Assembly: GCA_964016885.1 (NCBI GenBank)
Contig: OZ024747.1
Location: 32,178,001 to 32,242,000, forward strand
Direction of reading: 5' to 3'
Length of the DNA stretch: 64,000 nt
DNA from: Eledone cirrhosa
Lineage: Eukaryota
Shown: positions 37,322 to 51,316 of the stretch, piece by piece
Numbering within the stretch: the first letter of the stretch is position 1
How the letters are laid out: each line of letters begins with the position of its first letter
Notes under the pieces: model-generated
Databases searched by the model: none
Seen by the model: only the letters and a program-made list of their open reading frames with translations
Told to the model about the DNA's origin: nothing
Translations under genes and position numbers: made by a program

Positions 37322-37967
37322 ATTTATTAAAATAACAGATTAAAGTTTAAGCAAAGAATCGCTGCTTTCACCCTTAACGGGATCTTCTGAAACTAACAAA
37401 GTCAATCTGTAAACGCAGAAGTGGATATTTCAAAAAACGTTGCAACCGGAGGAAGACAGGAAGACGATACTTTGGTTCGTGGAAACGTTCGCTGGCAGAG
37501 AACGGGAAAAAACGAATATAATACGTCATTAATAGGAGCGGTGAAAAACAATTACGCGCAAAGACAGAACCACGTTTATGGTATAAAAGAGGTCGTAGAC
37601 TAATGTTCTCTTAGGTGGTTCATAGAGACGTTCTCTGGCAATGAACGAAAAAAACGAAGATAATACGTCATATGTGGAGCGTGGAGAACAATAGCACGCA
37701 AAGACAAAACCACGTAAATGGTATAGCAGAAGTCGTAGACTAAAATTCTAACTAGGAGACCGAATGAATCTCCGCTACTGAGTTAAGAACAAAGTAAATA
37801 AATACAATACAGAAGTAATAGAAATAAATAAATACATACACGCAAACAAATACGTACATACACAAGCATACGCAAAACACTTACCATAGGTATACAAAAC
37901 CACGCCATATAAATATGTGTGTGTGTGTATGCGTGTATACAAATAAATAAATAATTATATAAACGTA
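37322..37967 (-). repeat. Inverted pLTR of the adjacent PLE
   Basis: Reverse complement of ~39332-39980. Confidence 0.88.
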
Positions 37968-37979
37968 TAATCTCTCTAT

Positions 37980-40070
37980 ACAGGTTGAGGCCAATCTCTC
38001 GGTCGTTAATTACCTCAACGTTACCCTCAATTTATTGAATGGGTTGTATTACCCGTATAGAAAGCCGAATGATACGCTTAATTACATAAGTAAGCATTCC
38101 AACCATGCTGCCAGCATAACCAAGAACCTGGTAAGAAACGTTTCGTTGAGGCTTTCCCGTCTTTCCACCAACGAGCGTATTTTCAACGACCATTCCACTT
38201 ATTACAATGAAGCTCTTGCTCGAAGTGGATTTGTCGATAAGGTAGCATATACAGAGTACGAAAATAGACCTAGAAGAAATAGATCCCGTCGCATTTGTTG
38301 GTATAACCCACCATATAATATGGAGGTGGCCACACCATTAGCTAAGATCTTTCTTTCCCTTATTACGAAGCATTTTCCCCCTACACATAGTAACATTTTT
38401 AATAGAAGTACTATTAAAATTTCTTACTCTACGACTCCTAACCTTGCACATAACATCACAGCTTCAAATTTAGCTAAAGTACCTAGCCGTAGGAACACGT
38501 GCTAACTGTAATTGTAGGAAGTACTAACTGTAATTGTAGGAATCGGGTTGATTGCCCCCTATCCGGGAAGTGCCTCTCTAGTAACATTGTCTATAAATGT
38601 AAGGTTGTAACACCCACTTCCCGTAGGGCCTACATAGGGTTAACCGCCAATAGATTCAAGCAGCGTCTTTACATGCATACCCATTCTTTTCGTTACCCTC
38701 TATGAAGGAATATGACGTCACTTTCAGCTTATATCTGGAGTTTAAAAGATAACCACACCCAATATAAGTTACACTGGGAGATCCTAGCTAGGGCTAGATC
38801 GTATAACGGAAATAAAAGACCATGTGACCTCTACGCCGCTGAGGCCCTGGAAATACTCTACGCCACAGACCACATCTTAAACAAAAAAACTGAGGCAATT
38901 TCGGCTTGTAAACATAAATTGCACAAAACTTTCCTGTATTACAGCCCCACGTTATACCCTAACGGATAGTACGATCTATACGTGGATATTTTACGTCTTG
39001 ATGTGGGAGCTAAGTATATGTTTGTTTATACCATTACTTATTTGCATAGGTAAGTATATATTACCCGTATGTTTTGTGAAGGTACGTATACCTTCTCGTA
39101 CGTATATTTGATTGTTTATGTTATGGCGTATAATTTTATATTTTCTGGTACATATGGTTTGGCCTTGTGTATACGGGAGTTTTGAGTCTGTGTGAGTATG
39201 CTGGTTCGTACGTATGTAGGGTGTGTGTATATGTGTACTTCATGTTTTGGTTGACTTACGTCGCCGAACATTCGTGTATTTACATGTAGGTATGTGTGTG
39301 CGCTTGTTATATACGTATTTATTTATTTATATACGTTTATATAATTATTTATTTATTTGTATACACGCATACACACACACACATACTTATCTGTGCGTGG
39401 TTTTGTATACTTATGGTAAGTGTTTTGTGTATGCTTGTGTATCTACGTATTTGTTTGCGTGTATGTATTTATTTATTTCTATTACTTCTGTATTGTATTT
39501 ATTTACTTTGTTCTTAACTCTGTAGCGGAGATTCATTCGGTCTCCTAGTTAGAATTTTAGTCTACGACTTCTGCTATACCATTTACGTGGTTTTGTCTTT
39601 GCGTGCTATTGTTCTCCACGCTCCACATATGACGTATTATCTTCGTTTTTTTCGTTCATTGCCAGAGAACGTCTCTATGAACCACCTAAGAGAACATTAG
39701 TCTACGACCTCTTTTATACCATAAATGTGGTTCTGTCTTTGCGCGTAATTGTTTTTCACCGCTCCTATTAATGACGTATTATATTCGTTTTTTCCCATTC
39801 TGTGCCAGCGAACGTTTCCACGAACCAAAGTATTGTCTTCCTGTCTTCCTCCGGTTGCAACGTTTTTTGAAATATCCACTTCTGCGTTTACAGGTTGACT
39901 TTGTTAGTTTCAGAAGATCCCGTTAAGGGTGAAAGCAGCGATTCTTTGCTTAAACTTTAATCTGTTATTTTAATAAATATTTGCTCTACGGTTCTTATAT
40001 ATTTGATATATATTTATCCTAATCGAGCCCTCTTTGGATTTTAGTCTTCAAATTTATTATTATTACTATA
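37980..40070 (+). mobile_element. 5'-truncated Hydra-clade-like PLE (RT thumb + GIY-YIG, frameshifted) with 3' pLTR
   Basis: YPYRKPN, WYNPPY, IKISYS, CNCRNRVDCPLSGKC, AYIG, SACKHK. Confidence 0.9.
39906..39956 (+). ncRNA. Variant hammerhead (CAGAAGA core); minus-strand copies at 37344-37394, 42496-42546 and 43068-43118 (degenerate)
   Basis: AGTTT-CAGAAGA-TCCC-GTTAA-GGGT-GAAAGCA-GCGATTCTT-TGCTT/AAACT. Confidence 0.6.
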
Positions 40071-40092
40071 TATATATATATATATATATACA

Positions 40093-40169
<77 letters not shown>

Positions 40170-40174
<5 letters not shown>

Positions 40175-40602
40175 TAAACGGAATAGAAAATGCTGACAAA
40201 TTGTTCACAGTTGAAAAATGGTTTAATTAGGAATAAAAGAGTATTAGTGATTGTATGGGTTAGTATTCAGTTGTGGTTTTAAGTTTTTAAGTTTTTACCG
40301 GTTGCGCATTTCTAAATGCTTTTCAAAAATAATTTTGAGATAGAGTGTCCGTGCTGTTTGCTCTGATCAGAGCAAACAGCACGGACACTCTATCTCAAAA
40401 TTATTTTTGAAAAGCATTTAGAAATGCGCAACCGGTAAAAACTTTAAAACTTAAAACCACAACTGAATACTAACCCATACAATCACTAATACTCTTTTAT
40501 TCCTAATTAAACCATTTTTCAACTGTGAACAATTTGTCAGCATTTTCTATTCCGTTTACCAATATATAATAACTTGTGTGTTACACCTCTATTCTTTTAA
40601 CT
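40170..40602. repeat. Spacer-less ~395-bp palindrome centred on TGATCA (40364-40369)
   Basis: Arms 40170-40366 / 40367-40563, one mismatch seen; sequence matches 1537-1783. Confidence 0.92.
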
Positions 40603-41123
40603 ATATATATATATACATACATATACATATATACATACATATATACATATACATACATATGTATATATACGTTCATATATATATATACATACACATATAC
40701 ATACATATATATATACATATATATACATACATATATATATATACATATATATATACATATATACATATATATACATATATATACATACATATATATATAT
40801 ATATACATACATATATATACATGGTGGCTGCCAACTCGTTTTCGAGTACGGCCACTACTTTATATCCATGTAGGAGAACCCCTACCGATGCGCTGAACGA
40901 GTGTGACTTTTTAGTCCAGCCAGCAAGTTGAAAACTCTGGTACAAACACTACACTTGTGACAATTACTGACACATAGTGCTGGGCCCATGGTACCATGTG
41001 ACGACAAGTGCAGAGAGATCTCCAGATATAAAGCAATGCCTGTGCCGTGAAGCTTTTATAGTGAGCAAATCACTACACAAAGCCAGTCCCACTCTCTTAT
41101 ATATATATATATACATATATATG

Positions 41124-41162
<39 letters not shown>

Positions 41163-41295
41163 TCATTTGCATTGCTTTATTGTGCTACAGTAAACTCACC
41201 TCCTACATATATATATATATACATACATATATATATGCATACTTATATTTATATACATACATATATAAATGTATACATATATATACATACATATA

Positions 41296-41365
<70 letters not shown>

Positions 41366-41370
41366 CATAC

Positions 41371-41403
<33 letters not shown>

Positions 41404-41544
41404 CATTCATATATATATATATGTATATATATATATACATACTGAGATATATATATATACACATATACATATATATACACATATATATACACATACATAT
41501 ACATTTACATATACATATATATATATATACATATATATATATAC

Positions 41545-42150
41545 ATCATCATCATCATCATCATCATCATATTACGTCCGCTTTTCCCTGCTTGCAAGAG
41601 TTGGATGGGTCCTATTCAGCATCTCTCCACTTGTCACGGTCCTTCATCATCTCCTCCGTAAGTTTCAGCGATCTGAGGTCTGCTCTCACCACCACCGCCC
41701 ATGTTTTTCGTTGTCTTCCTCTACTGCGTCTTCTTGCTACTGGGATTTGTTGGCACTTCTTTACGCAGCGGTTATCCTCCATGCGCATCACAAGTCCATA
41801 CCATCTCAATCTTCTCTCCTGCACACCACTTATCCCTCTTATACCCAGTCTCTTACATAAGTAGTCCATGTACATTGACATTGCACATCCAATGGAGCAT
41901 GCTTGATTCATTTCTCTCCAGCCGTCGCATATCCTCTGCAGTTGCTGCCCATGTCTCATTATATAAGCGTCATTTCGTACGCGGGGAGAAGCCCTTCTTT
42001 GTCAACAGAGGAAGCAGCTCCCTAAACTTCTTCCAAACCGTCTAGATACTATGGCTCGGAACACCCGCCTCCCATGCTAATCTTATCACCTAGGTACCGG
42101 AAGCTATCATCTACTTCTATAGAACCCTCCTGCATTGGAAAAATGTGTAT
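41545..42150 (-). mobile_element. RTE LINE 3' fragment
   Basis: [22 protein letters not shown]; (GAT)n tail. Confidence 0.85.
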
Positions 42151-42256
42151 CACTGCGATTATACATCCATATATATATACACATACATATATATATATAT
42201 ATACATACATATATACATACATATATATACATATACATACACATACATACACATAC

Positions 42257-42321
<65 letters not shown>

Positions 42322-42422
42322 GATATATATATTAATATTCATACATATTCAACCACTTCTACCTAACTCGTCCCATGGACTGACTGCTCTACCACTACGG
42401 ATATTACCTTCCAGTGTTCCAC

Positions 42423-42475
<53 letters not shown>

Positions 42476-42480
<5 letters not shown>

Positions 42481-42924
42481 AAAATAACAGATTAAAGTTT
42501 AAGCAAAGAATCGCTGCTTTCACCCTTAACGGGATCTTCTGAAACTAACAAAGTCAATCTGTAAACGCAGAAGTGTATATTTCAAAAAACGTTGCAACCG
42601 GAGGAAGACAGGAAGACGATACTTTGGTTCGTGGAAACGTTCGCTGGCAAAGAATGGGGAAAAACGAATAATACATCATTAATAGGAGCGCTGAAAAACA
42701 ATTACGCGCAAAGACAGAACCACGTCTATGGTATAAAGAGGTCGTAGACTAATGTTCTCTTAGGTGGTGCATAGAGACGTTCTCTCGAAGATAATAAGTC
42801 ATATTCTTTGCTTAAACTTTAATCTGTTATTTTAATAAATATTTGCTCTACGGTTCTTATATATTTTATATATATTTTCCTTATCGAGCCCTCTTTGGAT
42901 TTTAGTCTTCAATTTTATTATTAT

Positions 42925-42964
<40 letters not shown>

Positions 42965-43565
42965 ATAATAATAAATTTGAAGACTAAAATACAAAGAGGG
43001 CTCGATAAGGATAAATATATATCAAATATATAAGAACTCTAGATTATTTTTATAAATAACAGATTAAAGTTTAAGCAAAGAATCGCTGCTTTTACCCTTA
43101 ACGGGATCTTCTAAAACTAAAAAAATCAATCTGTGAACGCAGAAGTAAATATTTCGAAAAACGTTGGAACCGAAGGAAAGCAGGAAGACGATACTTTGGT
43201 TCGTCGAGACGTTCCCTGGCAATGAATGGAAAAAAAGCGAACATAATACGTCATTATGTGGAGCGTGGAGAACAATTACACGCAAAGACAAAACCACGTT
43301 CATGGTATAAATGAAGTCGTAGACTAATATTCTATTTAGGAAACCGAATGATTCTCAGCTTCAGAGATAAGAATAATGTAAATAAATTAGTAGAACGAAA
43401 ATGACAGAGGTTATTGAAATCAACAATAATTAAATATATACATACACGCATCCATATACGTACATACACATGCATACGCGAAAACACCCGCCATGGTATG
43501 CATATACAAGCACGTACACATAAACACGCGCACACATACAAAAACCCGCGCGACACCTGTACCTG
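42476..43565. repeat. Rearranged solo pLTR copies of the 37980 PLE family in both orientations around (TA)n
   Basis: 42476-42800 minus, 42804-42930 plus, 42960-43565 minus (diverged). Confidence 0.8.
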
Positions 43566-43579
43566 TATATATATATACA

Positions 43580-46074
43580 CTAGCAGAAGTACCCGGCGTT
43601 GCTCGAGTGTAAGTCGACCTTTGCTCTGTTGGTAAAATGTGTGAAAGTTACTTCCTGCGCATCACAGGTGCAACGTTGTTGTTGGGGGTTCACGCTGTTG
43701 TTGGTGTTGTTATTGTGTACACCAAAGGAGGCGATCATGAAACAGGGGTTGTATTTCCACATGTTACGGCGGAACGTTGTAGCCGTAGTGTCGTCACCTG
43801 TAAGTAGATTCAGAAGAACGTCTGGCGGGTCAGCCAATGCCTCTAGTTGCACCTTACCTCCTGCACAGTACATAGAAGGCGCCTCGCCTGGCCACTTCAT
43901 TGCCTTGCAGGGTGTACAGACATTATCCATTTTGCCAATGGAAACTGTAGGCAGAAGTCCGTAATCCCCAGAGTTGTTATATCTGAAGGCTGCTTTTACC
44001 CAGTCTGAGCTCTTGGCAGCAGTAGCTAATGTATGCCGGGAACGCTTAGCAGTAAGCCTGTTGTCTCTGTCTGCCGTGGACTCCTCTGCAAGCGCTTGTT
44101 GACGACGAAGGCAAACCCCAGCAAGCCTCGTCTGACGGGATGTTGGTGACTCCTCTGCAAGCGCTTGTTGGTGACGAAGGCGAACCCCAGCAAGCGGCGT
44201 CGTACGGGATGTTGGTGACTCCTCCGCCATCGCTTGTCGGCGACGAAGGCGAACACCAACAAGCGGCGTCGTACGCTGATGTTGGTGAATCCTCCGCCAG
44301 CGCTTGTTGGCGACGAAGGCGAACACCAGCAAGCCTCGTCGTACGTTGGTGACGCCTCCGCAAGCGCTTGTTGGCGACGACGGCGAACATCAGCAAGCCT
44401 TGTCGTACGGGATGTTGGTGACTCAACCAGCAGGGAAAGACGTCTATCAGCGAGTCGAGATTCGCGCTCAGCAGGTGTTTCCTAGAGAAAGTTAATTAAT
44501 GCTACTGGTTAGCTAAGCCAAAGGCACTGTGCCAATAATAAATGAGAAAAGTGTAATATGAACAAAAGGGAATCAAGGTAAGACAATAAATTTAATATAA
44601 CTACGATTAGAATGTCGTAGTTGCTTGAAAGTGGTGACAGTTACGATAAACGCAGTGCTTGATAACATTAAGGGAGAATATTGCATACAGGATTAACCAA
44701 TTGTGAATGAACGCATACCTGAGAACGCCTAATCGTCGTCTCAAAGCAGTAGCTGTATCTTTTTTGGAGGTAAGTCTTGAACGTTTCCGTGTGGGCATAA
44801 CGACGTGTAGCGAAGCTGTTAGGTTAGAGAGGGGTGATTAAGTACAGAGAGAGGTGACACCAGATTCGCTAGCATGGTTACTGGTGAATGGGAAGGTTTG
44901 GAAATATGATTATAATAACTTACCGAATTTTCCGGCCTATAAAGTGCACTTTATATAGCTAAATTTCATAAAAAAACAGCTCTGCGCTTTATACTCCGGT
45001 GAGCCTTATATATAAACAATACAATGGTAATCAATCACGGCTCTAACAGAAGTAATAGATCTAGACTAAAAGTAAAGAAGATAGCATTTTCCTGGTTGGC
45101 CTTACACGCCGTTGCGCGGACCTGATTTTAAATGATACGCCTTATAGAGCGGAAAATACGGTATCTATTGGAAAAGAATACGAATTCATGACCAAGGTGT
45201 GACAAAATTGGCGTCTATACAGTGCCTGAAACAAACTTGTCCAAAACCCTGGGATCTTTCTCGTTAAGTATCCACCCAAATATATTTCTGACATATGCCA
45301 AAAAGAACAATATATTCCAAAACATTTTCTAAAGTACATTCAATCTCTCTTTTTGACCGATGTCTTAATAAGCAAATTATCGATTTTTTATTAGCTGTCA
45401 GTGTTTATCTGCATGCAGGTGTGTACGTGTGCGCAATCAATTGCACTGCATGCAGATGGTCTATGACAACTAATTAACAAATTAAAGAACTTTGCAAATA
45501 CGCTCATAACATTTAGTCGTAAACAGAACAAAAAATGCCATTAGAGGTGGACTAATAATGGAAAAGACACAAACCCTGGTGAACTTACGTTTAAAAACCC
45601 GAAAACTTACTCACTTCCTGTGCAAAAGTCTGTGACAGTAGTGTTATGAATTAAGTAATTTTTTAGAACCTTTTGTTTAAAAAAAGGAAAAATTGGCATG
45701 ACGTAACATTTTTTACAACTTTGTATGTGTCCAATACAACTTGGTCAAAGTATTATTTAGTAAATTTTTTTAAAAAAGCATGATTATTTAAAACTGTTTG
45801 AAAATTTACTCACCGCTTTTAGCTTTTGGCATCACAAAAGACACCATTAAATTTGGTCTCCTTTCAGATAGGGATAATACTGTATTTGCACTTGAATGCC
45901 CGATTGTCGATTTTTCGAAAATTTCAAGTAGCCTATTCCAATCTACGTGTCGAGTTTTATATATGTGTCAAGTTTCATGAAAATTGGATGAATGGTGTAG
46001 CCTGCAAGTTCGGGACACTAAACAAACAAACAAACAAACAACGCCCAACTTCACTTTATATATATACTCGTAGA
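43580..46074 (-). mobile_element. Internally deleted Helitron with both termini
   Basis: Minus strand 5'-TC (46074), (GTTT)n, 3' hairpin CTCGAGCAACGCCGGG then CTAG (43580), inserted at an AT dinucleotide; Rep N-terminus IGKMDNVCTPCKAMKWPGE..CAGGKV, KYNPCFMIASFG. Confidence 0.88.
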
Positions 46075-46456
46075 TATATCAATGATATTAATAAATGTAA
46101 ATTATACTTTATAAAACCATATTTATTTTATTATATATATTTCAAGGGTACCAACATTTTGATACGCCCTCATCAGATAAAATACAAAAGTTGTTTTATA
46201 AATATTGACATATCCAAAAAAGAAGAACTTATCGTTTTAAGAAATTTCAAATCTTAGGATGACTATATAAAGTATAAATTAGTATCAGTGCTCTGAAATA
46301 GCGATGTATGTATGAATGTATGTATAGTATATTATCAAATATACTATACATACAAAGGGCGGAAGAACTGATAAGAGTCAACGGCCATCCAAAAGTGTGT
46401 AAATATGTATATACACATGTACATATGTATGTGTAAGTATATACGTGTGTATATGC

Positions 46457-49400
46457 CTGGGGTGTCAGGGAGGGGCATGTACCTCTGGAGGGGGGGGGGC
46501 TAGCCCTGCCCATTCAGGACAGCTCGTCCTGCATTGGGTCAAACCTGACACTCAGATCTCGCCTGTGGCCCCAAGAAGCTGTAGCATGTAACAGCGGCCA
46601 CACCCTGGTAAACCACCATGGCTGGCGGGCCGAATCAGGTTGAGGGTACCGGACGGGTCTGAAACCCCCCAGTGAGTTAGATAAAGGATGCCTGCTCCCT
46701 GCATGCGAAGACTGGACCTGGCAGAGTGAGTGGAAGAGGACAACATCGTCCCAGCGGTCACGAAGGCGGAGACAGCAAGCGGTGTGGAGCGTTAGAGCAC
46801 GGCAAGGCACTACAGACGTTGTGGCCATCACTGCAGCCAAAGAAGTCCCTGGTCGTGACGGGCCTCCATACCACCGGATTCTGTCTTCTGCGGCTGAGTA
46901 AGTGGGACCGTCACTGTGCACTGGCCCTCCCACTATAAACCTTTCCCGCACAGGTTACTTCTTTAGCGTGCACTCCCAAAGACCTGCGACGATGGGCGAG
47001 AGGCGGAGGTAACAGGTGGAGGTAAGCTCTGGGAGTTGCCAGTCTCAAACCCACACGTGGGCGGCCTGGATGCGCAAGTCGTTCTCCTCCTGACCTTGGG
47101 ATGACAGAGGAGATCAGGTGTTCCACCGGGCGACTGAGCAGCCCTTTTCATGGGAACACTGCTCACCCTCGCACGAGGGGAGGGGCGATAAAAGGAACCC
47201 TAACCAAATGCTCGTCCCACACAAAGCCGGCCAGTCTACCGCGGCTGGCAGTTTTACCCTTCCAAGCGGTCAAAACCAACATAATAATAGAAAGAAGAAC
47301 TTGATTCTTCGCGCATGGATAGGGAAACCTCCTTGAGGCCAGAGAGAAGAACTGCCCTCATAGCGAGGGAATTAGCTCGCTACCGGATCGACATAGCCTC
47401 CCTCAGCGAGACTAGACTCGCCGAAGAAAGATCAGTAGCAGAACCGAAAGGATGCTACACCTTCTTCTGGAAGGGCAATGCAAAGGACAAGGACAGAATC
47501 CACGGGGTAGGCCTGGCCATCAGGACTTCGCTCTGCAAGCAGCTACCAGACCTCCCAACACCTGTGAGTGAGCGGCTGATGAAGCTCCGCTTCCCCCTCG
47601 ACCCATCTCGGCATATCACAGTCATCAGCGCGTACGCCCCCACTCTCACCAGCAGCGATGAAGCAAAGGACGCTTTCTATGGGGAACTCACTGTCGAGTC
47701 TGACAGCAGCAACTGGAGAGTCATGCTGGGACCTCACGGCACGGGGAAGCTGAACTTTAACGGCCTCATACTGTTGAGTTTCTGCACCGAGAACGACCTC
47801 ACCATCACCAGCACACTGTTCCGCCAGGCAGACAAATTCAAGACGACATGGATGCGCCCAAGATCCAAACAGCGGCACCTGATTGACTTTGCCATATGCC
47901 GCAGGAGGCACATCCGTGACGTCAGAATCACCAGGGCCATGCATGGTGCAGAGTGTTGGACCGACTATCGTCTTGTTAGGACCATCCTGTCATTGCACAT
48001 CACCCCGACGCATCGCAAGACACCGAAAGTCTGTAGGCCAGCTTCCGACGTCGCACGACTCAAGCAGCCAGAGCATCGTGATGCGTTGCAGAAGACCTGA
48101 ACGGCCCATGACTGCCCATGGACCACTGACCGGACCCCCAACTCAACAATAGAACCAGTTCAGGTCGCTGGTGACAGAGTCAGCCAAGGTAATCATCGGG
48201 CCGAGGAAGAGAGTCCACCAGGACTGGTTTGATGAAAACGATGAGCGCATCAGACAACTCCTGGATGAGAAGAAGAGGGCTTTCATTGAGTAGCAGAATG
48301 ACAGCTCCTCCACCTCGAAGCACGACCACTTCAAGCACCTCCAGAGGCAGACCCAAGAAGCACTACGCAGAATGCAGGACAAGTGGTGGGAAAAGAAGGC
48401 CGAAGAAGTCGAGATACGCTGACACAAAGAACTCCAAGATGTTCTTCAGCGCCATCGGGGACGTCTATGGACCCCCAAAGCCTGTCACCACGCTGCTGCT
48501 GTCTGCTGACGGCTCGATCCTGCTGAAGGAGAAGAGCAGCATCAACTCGAGGTGGAGAGAGCACTTCAGCAAGCTGCTCAACAGGCCCTCCACTGTCGAG
48601 CTTGCCGCCCTCAACCAGGTGCCACAGAAGCCCGTAGTCGGCAGCATCGACCCCCCCTTTGTTGGATGAAGTTATGAAGGCAATCGACCAGACCAGCTCA
48701 GGAAAGGCCCCTGGGAAGGACGGGATTCCTGCCGAGATCTTCAAGTCGGCCGGCCCAGCTGCTCTGGGACCTTCTACACCCTCCTCGCTAGCATATGGGA
48801 GGAAGAAGAGGTTCCCAAAGACTTCAGGGATGCCACAGTTGTCACGCCTTTTAAGAACAAAGGCAGTAAAACTGACTGTGGCAACTATCAGAGCATTTCT
48901 CTCCTGTCCATCCAGTGTGGCTTCCGCTCAAACCGCATCATGATCGACATGATCTTCTCTGTACGCCAGGTGCAGGAGAAGTGTGTCGAGCAGAACATGG
49001 ACCTCTTTGCCGTCTTCATAGACTTGACGAAGGCCTTTGACACTGGTCGATCCTGTCGAAGTTTGAATGTCCGACAAAGTTTGTGAACCTGATACGGTAA
49101 TTCCATGACGACATGACCAGGAAGGTGCGCTCGGGCGGAGAGACATCGGAGCCGTTCGGAATCACCAACGGCGTCAAGCAAGGATGCGTGCTGGCTCCCG
49201 CCCTCTTCAACCTGTTCTTCACATGTGTGCTCGATCATGCCGTCAGGGACCTCGAGCATGGAGTGTATCTGTGATACAGACTGGACGGCTGCCTGTCTGA
49301 CCTGCGGCGCCTGACGGCCAAGACAAAGTCCGTGCAGAGGATCGTCCTGAAGCCACTTTTTGTTGACGAATGTGCACTCATGGCCCACAGGGAGTCTAAC

Positions 49401-50310
49401 CTCCAAGTCATCGTCAACAAGTTCGCGGAAGCCTCCTGCCTCTTCGGTCTCACAATTAGCCTTGGCAAGACTGAGGTCCTGTTCCAGCCTGCCCCTGCCT
49501 CCGTCACTCAGCCTCCTTCCATCTCCATCATAGGCACCCAGCTAAAGACGGTGGACGACTTCAAGTACCTCGGCAGTGTCACCAGCAGCGATGGAAGCTT
49601 CGACAAGGAGATAACCGCCAGGATCTGTAAGGCCAGTCAAGCCCTCGGCCGCCTGAGGTCACGAATCCTGAACCAGCACAACATAAGGAAGTCTACGAAG
49701 CTCAGGGTGTACAGGGCCGTTGTTCTCACCAGCCTCCCCTACAGATGTGAGACATGGACCCTGTACAGAAGGCACCTGAAGCAGCTGGAACGGTTCCACA
49801 TGCGCAGTCTGCGGTCAATCATGAACATCAAATGGCAGGACAAGGTCTCCAACCTCGAAGTTCTTGACATGGCTGAGACAACCAGTGTCGAACCTATGGT
49901 ACTGAAGAGCCGACTTCAATGGGTGGGATCTCAGGCTTCCGAAGCAACTGATGTATGAGTAACTCTCTTCGGGGAAACAAGCGGGGCAGGCCTCTCAAGA
50001 GGTGAAGTCCAGTATCAACAACACTGGAATCGCCCCAAAACAACTCGAATCCCATGCTCAGGACAGGATTGAGTGGCGAGCCCTTACCAGACGCGCCAAG
50101 GACTCTTTTGAAGAGAAGAGACGGGCAGAGGTCACTGAGGCCCGTGAAAGGAGGAGAAAGGCATCAACAGTTGTCCCAAGCGACTCCGGTCTTTTCTCCT
50201 GCCCCCACTGTCCCCGGACCTGGAAGTTAAGGATCGGCCTCCACAGCCACCTTCGTGCCCACGGCAGACAGGAACTAAAATAAAGATGTCATTATCGTTC
50301 ACGATGGACA
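46457..50310 (+). mobile_element. Near full-length RTE/BovB-like LINE, GC-rich, with multiple stops and frameshifts
   Basis: RPERRTALIARELARY, LSETR, SAYAPT, TTWMRPRSK, GVKQGCVLAP, FVDE (decayed ADD), CPHC..HLRAH; long 5'UTR. Confidence 0.93.
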
Positions 50311-50360
50311 ACCAAGATACATACATATAAAGTATAGTTTCCATTTATTAATATAATTGA

Positions 50361-50422
<62 letters not shown>

Positions 50423-50950
50423 TATAAATCAGGAAAGAAGGTTTACATGGTTTGCTATACAAAAAAGTTTTTAATCACATAGCTTACATTTGTTTCACTG
50501 AACTGGCATGTCTAGAGATCGCTATCCGCCTAATTTTGCGTCACTCGATCGCCAATACAGAATTATAACCAGTCAGATCTTCGGAGCATGCGAGAATGAA
50601 GAAAATACACAGGCAAGAAAATAAAAGAAAATATGGAGTAGTTATGGCATTCAATTAGAACAATAAACAACAACAATTATTACAACAATGCTATCAATAA
50701 ACTATTTAAGGAGACCCTGACATTACTTAGGTGGGGGGTATATAATGTATCTAATGTTACGGCGTGAAAACCAGCTGTCATAAGGCAAAAAGTATCGTAG
50801 TGTGTATCAATTTTAAATTATAAAGATAAGCTAGTTTTTACAGTCTTTCTCTTCATCTTCAACCGTATACATGAGTGGGACCACTGTCAAAGCTCAATAG
50901 TTGTAGAGTTAATACAGAGGTTAACGAATTAATATACGCATATATCTACG

Positions 50951-50992
<42 letters not shown>

Positions 50993-51316
50993 AATACATA
51001 TACACATATATGTGTACATAGACACATACATACACACTAATATACACTCGTACAAAAATATACATACATGCAAAGAGAAAAGCGTGCTAATTGTAATATG
51101 GCAAAAAGAAGGTAAAGTAACATTGTAGTAGTGAAATGAGAAGATCTAGGATCAAATGATTGCAGCAGCTGAGAAGGAGTAAGATTGTTGGTAGATGAGG
51201 TATTTACAGACTATTGTGTGGTATAGACTTGTGAAGGAAATAGTATACTTAATGAATATATATTTTTTTGTGGGTAGTAGGTATCCTAATTTAAAGCTAT
51301 GTTATGTTGGTTCGAT

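Noticed and set aside
40820-41100. Unique-looking 280-bp island between (TA)n tracts
   Set aside because: No splice, ORF or ribozyme evidence seen; probably an unclassified repeat fragment.
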